Of a DNA stretch of 64,000 nt, positions 1 through 9,811 are shown in pieces. The position numbers and the translations under genes were made by a program. The stretch is taken from the NCBI GenBank assembly GCA_048938105.1, contig JBHLMN010000017.1:64001-128000 (forward strand), written 5' to 3'. This DNA is from Promethearchaeota archaeon (GTDB lineage: Archaea; Asgardarchaeota; Heimdallarchaeia; Hodarchaeales; Hodarchaeaceae). The number at the start of each line of letters is the position of its first letter. The first letter of the stretch is position 1. The notes beneath the pieces were generated by a model. It was not told where the DNA came from and made no database searches. It was given only the letters and a program-made list of their open reading frames with translations.

Positions 1-284
1 CATTTTCCTCACTATATTCGTTTTATAGCGTTTTTAGGGGAAATAACCTTTGAGACAAAAGCTATGATAATATTATTACTATTTACTTCATAGTAAATAA
101 GCGCATAGTAATTATTACCTTTTATTAGCCCTTTGTTTTTATTTCTTTCTTGAGAAGGAAAAACACTTCACATAAAATTTCAATATTAGTTATGACTAAT
201 TAACCTTACCATAATGCATACTTAACTCAATGCCATAAAAGAGAATAAGATGTTGAGAATCTCAAGACATGTTTTGGGAATATA

Positions 285-1007
285 ATGAAGTGTGAAGGAA
301 CCTATTGTAAAGCCAGATTTAAGGAACGTACAAACCGATTTCTAGCACGGGTCGAAATTCAATCTTCAACGCAACCAGATAAACTTATAGATGCACATGT
401 ACCAGATCCAGGCAGACTGAAGGAATTACTTCTACCAGGTGTTCAGGTAATCCTACGAAAATGTTTCAATAGTACACGAAAGACTAAGTATTCGTTAATT
501 GGCATCAAAAAAGGTAGAATCTGGATTAATATTGACTCTTTCATTACAAATCGGTTGTTTCATGAGGAATATACTGTCATTTCAAGCCTCCAAAAATATC
601 GAGTTCTTCAGGCTGAATATACGTTTAGAAATAGTAGATTTGATTTTTTAATGGTTAATGTTGATACTCATCAAAAAGCGTTGATTGAAGTTAAGAGTGT
701 TACACTTGTCAAAAACGGTGTAGGACTTTTTCCTGATGCACCAACAACCAGGGGAGTGAAACACGTCAATGATTTAGTTAGAGCTGTTGAGACCGAAGAA
801 TATCAATCATTCATGATTTTTATCATTAAAAGGAATGATGTTCTCGCTTTTAAACCAAATAAGGTTATAGATCCCAATTTTAATCAAGCACTAAATACCG
901 CCATTCAAAGAGGAGTCCATGTATGTGCCGTAAAATGTTTTTATGACCCAATTTCAGCTCAAGAAGTGAAAATTCTTGATGAAGTTCCAGTAACTTGGGA
1001 TAATTGA
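285..1007 (+). CDS. sfsA: DNA/RNA nuclease SfsA (sugar fermentation stimulation protein)
   Basis: Motifs RTNRF, HVPDPGRLKELL, SRFDF, IEVKSVTLV, FPDAPTTRGVKH are typical of SfsA (PD-(D/E)XK fold). Confidence 0.93.
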   Translation: MKCEGTYCKARFKERTNRFLARVEIQSSTQPDKLIDAHVPDPGRLKELLLPGVQVILRKCFNSTRKTKYSLIGIKKGRIWINIDSFITNRLFHEEYTVISSLQKYRVLQAEYTFRNSRFDFLMVNVDTHQKALIEVKSVTLVKNGVGLFPDAPTTRGVKHVNDLVRAVETEEYQSFMIFIIKRNDVLAFKPNKVIDPNFNQALNTAIQRGVHVCAVKCFYDPISAQEVKILDEVPVTWDN

Positions 1008-1161
1008 ATATAAATTCAATCTCATTTAGCCATCTCTCTTTTTCACATAAAAATAAGGCTTAGCAAGGCTAAAAAAATTCAAAACTAACCTTTAATGTTT
1101 TATTAAAGTGATTCAAATATTTATAACACCCCAAAACCCCAAGGAGGTTGGTGGTTCTTGG

Positions 1162-2271
1162 TTGGAATGGAACCATGTAATATTACATTGTGACCTTGAC
1201 AGTTTTTTTGCAAGTGTTCACGTTAAGAACCATCCTTTTTTACAAGGATATCCAGTTATTATTGGTGCTAATCCACAGAATGGCAACGGACGAGGTGTGG
1301 TTTCTACTTGTTCGTATGAGGCACGAAGATTTGGTCTTCATTCTGCAATGCCGATCTCACAAGCATATAAATTATGTCCCCATGGTGTATACATTTGTTC
1401 TGGAACTCCAATATCTTTTCCTCAGTATCATGAGGAATCTGAGGCGGTCATGTCATGTCTGCGAAAATATGGTGACAAATTTCAACAGGCAGGGTTGGAT
1501 GAAGCTTATATTGATGCAACAAACTCATGGCAAGCTTATGGGTCCTCTCCACAATCGATTGCTAAAGCTATTCAGGCAGAAATTCAAGAAAAATTATCAT
1601 TACCAGTATCAATAGGAGTAGCAGAGACTAAATCTATTGCAAAGATAGCTTCTGATCTAAATAAACCTAATGGCATTACTCTTGTTCACAATTGTGAATT
1701 AGAAGAGAAAATTTATCCTTTACCTGTTCGAAAAATCGTAGGTGTGGGAAAAAAAACTGAAAAACGATTACATAAAAAAGGGATAAGAACTATTAGAGAC
1801 ATTGCTACCATGTCTCGAGAAAAAGCTTTTGTCCTTCTTGGAGAACATGGACTATATTTAAGGAAAGTTGCTCAAGGAACCAATTATAAAGAAGTGGGAT
1901 ACACTAGGGGGACGCGAAAATCGATTAGTTCTGAAAGAACCTTTGGAACAGATCAAAGCGATTGGAATCTTATTGATTCAAAAGTGAAAAACATTATTTC
2001 TAGACTAACAGAAAGACTCCACAAGAACAACCTTATGACCCGAACTATATCAGTCAAAATACGGTTTCAAGGGTATGAGACTTATACTAGGAGTTCAAGT
2101 TTCAATAATTTTTTGGCTGATGAAAAAGTCATTTACAATACTGCGATCAAACTCCTTGATGAATTTCGATCCTCAATAAAAAAAGTGCGATTAATAGGCG
2201 TTCGAGTGGCAACATTGAAAAGTAAGCAAAGACAACTCACATTAATGCCATTTTTAAGTCACAGAGCTTAG
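1162..2271 (+). CDS. dinB: DNA polymerase IV (Y-family, DinB/Dpo4)
   Basis: HCDLDSFFASV, STCSYEARRFG, GLDEAYID, AKIASDLNKPNG, KSISSERTF. C-terminal PIP-like QLTLMPFL. Start placed at TTG 1162 after GGAGG (track start 1108). Confidence 0.93.
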   Translation: MEWNHVILHCDLDSFFASVHVKNHPFLQGYPVIIGANPQNGNGRGVVSTCSYEARRFGLHSAMPISQAYKLCPHGVYICSGTPISFPQYHEESEAVMSCLRKYGDKFQQAGLDEAYIDATNSWQAYGSSPQSIAKAIQAEIQEKLSLPVSIGVAETKSIAKIASDLNKPNGITLVHNCELEEKIYPLPVRKIVGVGKKTEKRLHKKGIRTIRDIATMSREKAFVLLGEHGLYLRKVAQGTNYKEVGYTRGTRKSISSERTFGTDQSDWNLIDSKVKNIISRLTERLHKNNLMTRTISVKIRFQGYETYTRSSSFNNFLADEKVIYNTAIKLLDEFRSSIKKVRLIGVRVATLKSKQRQLTLMPFLSHRA

Positions 2272-2424
2272 ATTGAGAAGTTATTAAGTGAGGATTGATT
2301 ATTCTACAAAGTTAATTCTTAATTATATGAAAAAAGAATAAGCGAAGATTAAAAAAAGAATAAGAGAAAAATAATGCAAGTATCTGAGAATAAATAATAT
2401 CACATGATGTAGGAATGATTCCTA

Positions 2425-3978
2425 ATGGGTGTATACAAGCTTACTTCTATGACAAGAAAAACGAAGATTATCTTTTTCTGCCTTATTTGGTTTTTTTCTG
2501 CGATATGTGCCATTGTTGGCACAATATTCATAGCAACCGCAGTCATTCTCCCGCAGACACCTTATGATATTGAACCAAGTGATATTGTGGGCCAAATAAG
2601 ACAACAAATGGGGCCTTTTCAGTCTCTTGCTTATTTTAATCCCGATACAGAAGAGTTCTTTTGGGGTGTTACAATTGAGGAAGGAGTAGAGGAATACCAA
2701 TTATACAATGAATTTCAGAAACCTATTGGACCTCTTAAACCATGGTTCTTAGTGGAAGTGCATCTGAATGGAACTGTCTTTTACATTCATGACCCAGGCA
2801 TCCTCGTTTTTGAATTATTTAATGGTACATTCTATGAAGTAAACGCCGAGCGAGGACAACTGAAGGTAGATATCTCAAGGAAACAACTTACCTTAAGTTA
2901 TCAACCAGGGGATCAATTCAAAATTAACCGTAGATCTATTGATAATACAGAAACCATTGGAGAAGATAAAGAAAAAGTTGAAATTATTGGGACTTATTTT
3001 ATTGTAAGAAATCGTGGTTTGGTCTCTTGGTTTCAGCAAATTCTCAGAGCATTATGGGAGTATTCTTGGGAGGCATTTTTATTATATGGGCGAATTATAC
3101 TCGTTACTGTGGCGATTGGGGGAGGTGCAGGAATAATATTTGCCTTTTTTCTCATTATAACACGTTTATCTAAACTCTTTGGAGGCAAGTACTTAACATT
3201 TGTAATATTAAGAGCGTTAAATGGAAAACTAGGAAAGATCATGAGTTATATCCCAATATTCGATTTTATCGGAGATTTCTTTGTCGATGAACGTTTAATC
3301 GATGTGATCAATTTTTCTGGTATCCGACCTACCCTTTCAGAGTTGTATAAACAAAGATGGTATGATATCTTGGTTTTTCCTACAGCTTTGGCTTCAATTC
3401 TCACAATCTTTTTTGTACAATATTATCCTGGCGAAAATAAAACGGATGCTCTCATTTTAAGCCCTCTATTGACTCCTATAGTGTTGATCCTCATTTTGTT
3501 TTATTACCCATTGATTTTTGCTTTTAATGAAGGAGGCTTTAAACGTATGCAAATAAGCTCCCAAGGTGACATCATTGCGGTGAAACCTCTAGGAAACATT
3601 TTGAGAGATGGTCTTGGCATTGTGATTGGATTTTCAGGGATTTTATCCTTAGGAGCGTTGGCTTATGAGATCAATGCAAGCGCTGCACTCCAAGCAACGA
3701 CCACTGGCCAAATACAGGTTGCTGGTTTCAGTTTTGATATCTTTAGTATACTTTTACTTGTATTATGGACATTAGGTTTATTTTTCATCCTCTTAGGATC
3801 GTCTTTTGTTGGAGCATCAATACTAGCCGTCAACTACTTACAATCCTCCCACTTAGACACGATTCAATATCTTAGAACGAAATCAGAGGAAAAAGGCGTA
3901 GTTACTAATTGGGGATCAGTTAATTATCAATTTAGTCCAGTACCTACAAAAGCTATATTTGAAAAAACAGAGAGCTGA
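2425..3978 (+). CDS. Multi-pass membrane protein of unknown function with an extracellular N-terminal domain
   Basis: 517-aa ORF: N-terminal TM helix, about 160-aa soluble beta-rich segment, then about 5-6 hydrophobic helices. Confidence 0.7.
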   Translation: MGVYKLTSMTRKTKIIFFCLIWFFSAICAIVGTIFIATAVILPQTPYDIEPSDIVGQIRQQMGPFQSLAYFNPDTEEFFWGVTIEEGVEEYQLYNEFQKPIGPLKPWFLVEVHLNGTVFYIHDPGILVFELFNGTFYEVNAERGQLKVDISRKQLTLSYQPGDQFKINRRSIDNTETIGEDKEKVEIIGTYFIVRNRGLVSWFQQILRALWEYSWEAFLLYGRIILVTVAIGGGAGIIFAFFLIITRLSKLFGGKYLTFVILRALNGKLGKIMSYIPIFDFIGDFFVDERLIDVINFSGIRPTLSELYKQRWYDILVFPTALASILTIFFVQYYPGENKTDALILSPLLTPIVLILILFYYPLIFAFNEGGFKRMQISSQGDIIAVKPLGNILRDGLGIVIGFSGILSLGALAYEINASAALQATTTGQIQVAGFSFDIFSILLLVLWTLGLFFILLGSSFVGASILAVNYLQSSHLDTIQYLRTKSEEKGVVTNWGSVNYQFSPVPTKAIFEKTES

Positions 3979-4066
3979 ATTTTATTAGAGTACAAGATGA
4001 CTTAATATCAACTTATAACCTAGTCATCATATATCTTTGGAGATATATGTGCATAGGGAATAAATC

Positions 4067-4600
4067 GTGATCTCTAAAGATGAAATTCGTGAGTTTCAAG
4101 AAGAATATAACTCTATTGATATAGAAGACTATTCGGGGTTATTTAAACTCATTATTAGAATAGTTCGACGATTCTTAGACAAATCCCGACCTGGAATCAT
4201 GCTAGGATTAGTAGAATTGGGATATGATCAAGGTAATTTTGTTGGGGGCTTTCATCGTTTAGGAACGAACGAGGTGTATCTGAATAAGTCAGCTCTCCGT
4301 GTCATGCGTAAGGAAACTTCAGAGGATCTCTATAAAGCCTACCTCTTTCACTTGTTACTTCATGAGTATATTCACTCAAATAATTTCGTTGATGAAACTG
4401 AAACTCGTCAATTAACTAAAAATATCTCCCTAGCCATCTTTGAGAAACACCATCCCGTTGGAAGGTTAACTATCTTCGGTTTAGGGGCTTTTTTTCCATA
4501 TACATTTCGCCAAGAACGTTATATGCCTACCAGACAAGAAATGGTTAATCCAGAGTATATCTTGCTGCGACACCCAGATAGTGAGTTTACTTATATCTAG
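4067..4600 (+). CDS. Putative zinc metallopeptidase-like protein (HExxH)
   Basis: LLLHEYIHS motif followed by DETETR. 177 aa. Confidence 0.65.
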   Translation: MISKDEIREFQEEYNSIDIEDYSGLFKLIIRIVRRFLDKSRPGIMLGLVELGYDQGNFVGGFHRLGTNEVYLNKSALRVMRKETSEDLYKAYLFHLLLHEYIHSNNFVDETETRQLTKNISLAIFEKHHPVGRLTIFGLGAFFPYTFRQERYMPTRQEMVNPEYILLRHPDSEFTYI

Positions 4601-4669
4601 AGAGTAAAAATTTAAATCCTTATAAGAATTAGTCACTTAACAACAGTCACAAGAAGGAGCTGATTATCC

Positions 4670-4897
4670 ATGAAAAAAATAGGTGGCTTAGCAAAAGGGG
4701 TTGGAAAGGAAGCGATGTCTACAGCAATGAACACAGCAGTAAAAGAGATTCTAGAAGAAACTGGAGCTAAGGAAATCGCCAAAGATAAGGCCCTTGAAGT
4801 TGGAAAGAAGATTCTAGGGGATAAAAATATCCCGACAAAGCAAAAAGTGCAAAAAGAGATTCTTAAAACCTTGATTAAGAAGGAATTAGGTCTTTAA
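4670..4897 (+). CDS. Small basic helical hypothetical protein
   Basis: 75-aa ORF with AAGGAG RBS upstream and a T-rich tract downstream. Confidence 0.7.
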   Translation: MKKIGGLAKGVGKEAMSTAMNTAVKEILEETGAKEIAKDKALEVGKKILGDKNIPTKQKVQKEILKTLIKKELGL

Positions 4898-5044
4898 TTA
4901 ATACAGATTCTACATTCCTTATTTATTTTTTAATCTCTTTTAACAAAATGACAACATGACCAAAATAGACTGGAATTATTTGTTCTAAGGATATATTCTA
5001 AAAAAAGAAAGGGGGAGAGAAACAGCTTCAAAGAAAGCTAGATT

Positions 5045-6298
5045 TTATGAAGTTATCATGGTTGCTGGAGTAACTCGCTGATATTGCTTTAGCAGAAAAC
5101 CCAGTAAAATGAATGTAATAGCAATCATTCCAATCAAGCTTATAATTAAAGTCTGATTCCGTGAGAAATCAAGAACATCAAAGATTAGCGAAAGTATAAA
5201 GTATAATGAAGAGCCAACAAAAGAGATTAGAGAAGCAAATGTTGCTCGTTCATCAGATTTAAGGCGATGCTGCAATATTGTCTGTATTATCGGTGTGCGC
5301 ATCCCGCGAGTTATTTGTGCCATTAAAGACATCATAAGAATACCAAAAAGATCTGGTATCTGGACTAAGATAATCAAATATGTTCCTTCAATTAATATTA
5401 TGACAAGAAAAGTCCATAGATTTGATAGTTTGTTGACCCTCGATTGGATAAGCAGAGAAGTAGTTGCAGCACATAGATTAAATCCCGCAAGGACAAAGCC
5501 CATGACGAGAGATGTAACTAGAAATTCTTCAATTAATATATGCTGGACTGCCCAAAATGCTATTCGACTGAAGACAAGCCCTGTGAAGCTGAAGACCAGA
5601 ATAGCTTTAAGTTCAGTGTGATTTTTTAATGATTCCAGAGCATTCATGATAGCAGCTGTCGGAGTTTTCGCTTTTAATCTGGGAGGTTCAGCGTAACCCC
5701 AAAGGACTAAGCTAGCGAATATCAAATGGCCGATAGTCGCAATTATGATAGGCATTTGAATCATGGATATCGCACCGATAAAACCACCAGTAAGCGCGCC
5801 GAATGCTCCTCCAAGAAACATGATGGTCATTCGCTTGGAAACTATTTCACCAAAACGACCATTGACATCATTATCGAATGAAAGTAAGGAGTCATAAACT
5901 AAAGCGGTCTCACTTCCAGTTTGGAACGCGACTGCAATACCTGCTGTCATTTCTGCGAGAGCAAACACAAAGAAATTGTCCCCAATCGCATACAAAAACA
6001 TTGCAATACTGAATAGCACATGAAATACACTAGCACAACCTTTTCGACTCCAATAGTCTGCAAATGAACCCGATGGAACTTCTAAAATTAATATGGGGAG
6101 AACAAACAGACCTTGAAGTAATAACATCTCATGAAAACTCAGTCCAGCTCTTAACCAGACCAAGACGATCACAGGAACGATCAAGACCGTAATATCAAAT
6201 CCTGTGATTTGAAATACTCTAATATTGCGTTGACATTGAGCTCGAGTGAACTGTATATGGTAAGTTCTCTCATCTCTTTCTAGGGGCATGGAATTCAC
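5045..6298 (-). CDS. MFS transporter
   Basis: About 12 TM helices; LEVPSGSFADYWSRK loop motif; GSETALVYDSL; ERATFAS. Confidence 0.9.
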   Translation of the reverse strand: MNSMPLERDERTYHIQFTRAQCQRNIRVFQITGFDITVLIVPVIVLVWLRAGLSFHEMLLLQGLFVLPILILEVPSGSFADYWSRKGCASVFHVLFSIAMFLYAIGDNFFVFALAEMTAGIAVAFQTGSETALVYDSLLSFDNDVNGRFGEIVSKRMTIMFLGGAFGALTGGFIGAISMIQMPIIIATIGHLIFASLVLWGYAEPPRLKAKTPTAAIMNALESLKNHTELKAILVFSFTGLVFSRIAFWAVQHILIEEFLVTSLVMGFVLAGFNLCAATTSLLIQSRVNKLSNLWTFLVIILIEGTYLIILVQIPDLFGILMMSLMAQITRGMRTPIIQTILQHRLKSDERATFASLISFVGSSLYFILSLIFDVLDFSRNQTLIISLIGMIAITFILLGFLLKQYQRVTPATMITS

Positions 6299-6660
6299 TT
6301 CTTATTTGTATAGTAGCTTTTAAATCACCTCTTAACTTATAAAAAAACTCTGATACTGAAATATGCTAGAAATTCCGCATATTAAATGGAATTATTCGAA
6401 GATTCAGCCAAACAATGACGAGAAAAAGCAGATGGTTGGATTTCAGTCAAATCTTCAGCAAAATTTATGCGAACACGGGGACGAGAGTGATGAGTGCCAT
6501 TGAATTAGCACAAGACATCCTATTTGAACTCGTCATTGAGATTTCCAACCATTATCTTTGATTCTGCATTTCGTTAAAAAAGCTTTCATTATTGGTAATT
6601 TTACCATTGAAGGAGGGCTAGATCATAAATAGAAGGGGAATTTGAAATATTGAAAAGTGA

Positions 6661-8808
6661 TCATGAAGCTTTAATTATTTCAGTTCTCTCTAAAGTTATT
6701 CCTTCATTCTCATGAATAGACAGCTTTTGTTTATTTGTGGAAGAAATAAACTTCCTTCTTTCCGAACGAACTTTCCAAGTTGTTAGCTCACTAAAGAATA
6801 CTAGTCCAAAGGCAATAAGCAGTTTCAAGGATGAATAGAGGTCACCATAAACGTAGTGTACCAATGTACCGATAATGACCACTACTAGAAGAATCCTAGT
6901 CAAGTTTCGACATACTTTCAGAATTATACCTTCAGGTTTCTTAGTCGCAAGACCATACCATTGTATAACTACGATTAAAAACAATTGAATGCCCAAGAAA
7001 AGCAGAGTGTGCCACATTGTAACTGTATACCCCACTGTAGAGGAGGAAGACGAATAAATAGGGAACAATGAGATATATCCTCCCCTAAATTCGAGAACGG
7101 GGGCCTCAAATGATCCATTATAACTAACACTAGTTGCTACTACTACGAAAGCAAGAACCATTTCAAAGAACGAGATAAAAAGCATGAAAACTGATAAAAT
7201 GAAGGCTTTTCCAATTTCTCCAATTCCTTTGAAAAATCTTGAGACTAATGAAGGCTTTTTGTCTATATCAACTGGTTTAGTGAAAAGAACGTGTTCCCTA
7301 GCTTCAGGTGACTCTACTATTCTGCTTTTTACGTCTGTTGATTGTTCTATCGTGCGATTAGTAAAGATATGTTGGGAGTTATTGAGTCTGGGCACTGAGC
7401 TTGGGCTAGCTAACGTAACTAAAGTTTTACCAAACCATAGTTTGAATCTTTTCCCGCTGGAGGTATTTAAAACAATTTCAGAGGCAATCAAAACAATAAT
7501 AATACCAAAAACACCAAAATAAACAATTATCATATCATTAGCGAAAGTAAGGATGAGAATCAACTTAAAAGCCAATAGTCTCATCAACCATGCAATAAGT
7601 TCAGGCGCCTTTGTAAACGTTTCTGGGTCTCGAGAAGAAGAAGTCTTTATCTTGTAATATCTCAAGGCTCCTACTGATACCACCATAACAACTAGACTGG
7701 AATATGCAAGTAGGAAAGCAAACATGGGTACAGAAGAAATATCATACATTCTATAATGATATTCATCCCTCCATGAATAGAAACCAATCCAAGGAAAGAC
7801 GAAAGTTGTTACAAGCATAGTAAATAAAATTACTACTAGCCACTTCTCTTCTCGTGTAAATTGTTCTTTAAATTGGGTCCAATATGAGGGTATATTCAAC
7901 TGCTTTTGATCATGTTTGGGATCTGTTAAAGCCGAACCTAACGAAATTAACCAAGGGCCAAGTTTCTCTTCCCAAAATTGAGACTTCATCTGACGTTCAA
8001 TAACACCTGCAAGTATTAACCAAATGGGAATGTACATTAGATAAGCGGAAAAAAACAGTAATGACGACTTAAAGAATAACAAGAGAAAACTAAAACGCGA
8101 AAACCAAACAATCAATGAATCATCAAAGCGTCGATCGAATCCTTTCTCTCGGGTGAGTTTTGTTTTCCATCTATGGATCACAAATCCCTCCCATAATACG
8201 AGAATTATTGCTGTAAATGTCGCTGTACTGCAACCTGTGTAACCATGTTCATAAATGATTTCTGGATTTATATGCACTATTGACCAAGACCATAGATGAA
8301 ATCCTCCCAGGATCGAATTATAATTGAATAGAGAAATATCGAGAAGAATGATAAAGAAGAGAAAACAAAGTCGATAGAGAGTGAAAAGAGAAAATCCATG
8401 ATAATAAGACCTGATCCCTCGAACCTCATCCTGAAGTTGCATAGGGGTGACTTGGACTTTTTGACCATTAGAAGGCTTAAACCCTGGTTTTGGGCTTTTT
8501 TTAACGGATGGTGAAGGGATAATTTTGGGGGTAAATGGTCCTGGTTCCTCTTCTCTGTCCAGGTCTAAATATTGTTCACAAATTTCACTCGGAGAACCAC
8601 ATTCTTCAATCGCCTTTAGAACATCATTATAGTGGACTCTGTCGTCAGTTGCTAACTCACCACTCCTGAGATACACAAAGTCATTTATTTCATTCAGAAG
8701 GGAATCAATTTCATTTGGGTGTAAACGAGTGTGTTCACGGAGATACTCCTCAATACCATCAACATACGTTCTAATCAAATGTTTAGCATCAACATCAATG
8801 GATTTCAT
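6661..8808 (-). CDS. Polytopic membrane protein with N-terminal HAAS-like helical signalling domain
   Basis: N-terminus 'LIRTYVDGIEEYL...EIDSLLNEINDFVY...AIEECGSPSEICEQY' matches the HAAS pattern (GsPeeiA). Many TM helices follow. Directly downstream of padR. Confidence 0.72.
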   Translation of the reverse strand: MKSIDVDAKHLIRTYVDGIEEYLREHTRLHPNEIDSLLNEINDFVYLRSGELATDDRVHYNDVLKAIEECGSPSEICEQYLDLDREEEPGPFTPKIIPSPSVKKSPKPGFKPSNGQKVQVTPMQLQDEVRGIRSYYHGFSLFTLYRLCFLFFIILLDISLFNYNSILGGFHLWSWSIVHINPEIIYEHGYTGCSTATFTAIILVLWEGFVIHRWKTKLTREKGFDRRFDDSLIVWFSRFSFLLLFFKSSLLFFSAYLMYIPIWLILAGVIERQMKSQFWEEKLGPWLISLGSALTDPKHDQKQLNIPSYWTQFKEQFTREEKWLVVILFTMLVTTFVFPWIGFYSWRDEYHYRMYDISSVPMFAFLLAYSSLVVMVVSVGALRYYKIKTSSSRDPETFTKAPELIAWLMRLLAFKLILILTFANDMIIVYFGVFGIIIVLIASEIVLNTSSGKRFKLWFGKTLVTLASPSSVPRLNNSQHIFTNRTIEQSTDVKSRIVESPEAREHVLFTKPVDIDKKPSLVSRFFKGIGEIGKAFILSVFMLFISFFEMVLAFVVVATSVSYNGSFEAPVLEFRGGYISLFPIYSSSSSTVGYTVTMWHTLLFLGIQLFLIVVIQWYGLATKKPEGIILKVCRNLTRILLVVVIIGTLVHYVYGDLYSSLKLLIAFGLVFFSELTTWKVRSERRKFISSTNKQKLSIHENEGITLERTEIIKAS

Positions 8809-8813
8809 TTTCT

Positions 8814-9233
8814 TTAAGACCTTCTCCTTTTTTGATCATCAATTTCTTGATACCATTTCTTTATAAAATCATGATAGGAAAAATAAGTGCCGATCATCTC
8901 TTCAATCATTTCCTCACCAATCCCAGTGATTGTATATATCTTTCTGGGTACACCAGGAGAGTCTATATCATCAGCTGTTATTGGTTCTATCATTCCATCA
9001 TCTTCCATTCGTTTTAACAAGGGATAAATTGTGCCTGCTTTCAATTCAATTCCAATACCAGTCTTTCTGATTAATTTTATGAGACCATATCCATGTGCGT
9101 CTTGAGTTCGTAGACGAATCAACATAAGGATCATCAATTGAAGTAAACCACGGCGAATATCACGTTCCCAATGTTTCACTATGATTGATTTCTTCCTCGG
9201 TTCTGTAGTATCCCTTCGTTTGTCCGTACTCAT
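8814..9233 (-). CDS. PadR-family transcriptional regulator
   Basis: RRGLLQLMIL...HGYGLIK...GTIYPLLKRMEDDG...PRKIYTITGIG. Confidence 0.93.
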   Translation of the reverse strand: MSTDKRRDTTEPRKKSIIVKHWERDIRRGLLQLMILMLIRLRTQDAHGYGLIKLIRKTGIGIELKAGTIYPLLKRMEDDGMIEPITADDIDSPGVPRKIYTITGIGEEMIEEMIGTYFSYHDFIKKWYQEIDDQKRRRS

Positions 9234-9320
9234 TAGTTTTTCAACCCTTAAGCTTTCAATCGCCTGATTTAGCCTGAAGAACTGCTTGATGTTGGAATAA
9301 ATCGATTATTGTACCTATAT

Positions 9321-9363
9321 GCGCACCTATTTATATCGCGTGCCGACATATATAGCGCACCTA
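9321..9363. promoter_or_regulatory. Candidate PadR operator
   Basis: Imperfect palindrome TATATCG-N5-CGACATA (9332-9350) flanked by direct repeats GCGCACCTA (9321-9329 and 9355-9363), upstream of padR. Confidence 0.5.
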
Positions 9364-9715
9364 ACAAGGCTTTTATACCTAGCTATAAGTATACTAGAAA
9401 ACTTTTTACAGAGTAGAAAGCAGCGGAAAAAGAGAATTTGGTTATAACATTGATCTAATATTGCGATATTTATCCCCTTTTTAATGAAATAATAATTAAT
9501 TCTAATCATTGACTAATACTATCAAGATAAAATTTTTATTTACGCATAAAAAGCGATGAATAAACAATAATGAAGGAGAAAAAGCCATTATTTCTCACAA
9601 ACACCAGAAACTCTAATAAGGAATATTATTTCACCTGGTTGTCTTACTTTGCAACCTCACATTCATAAGTTGTTGCGGTCTTTAATCAACTTGTTCTAGG
9701 AATCCGATCACATAA

Positions 9716-9731
9716 TTGCATCAGTTTGCAA
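9716..9731. promoter_or_regulatory. Candidate operator palindrome
   Basis: TTGCA-N6-TGCAA about 80-95 bp upstream of the gene at 9812/9827. Confidence 0.3.
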
Positions 9732-9811
9732 GGAATAACAAAACTGTTGTTTCGTGAAGGAGTTATTACAAAAATAACTTAACAAGAATTAAAGAAATTA
9801 AGAGTAAAGGA

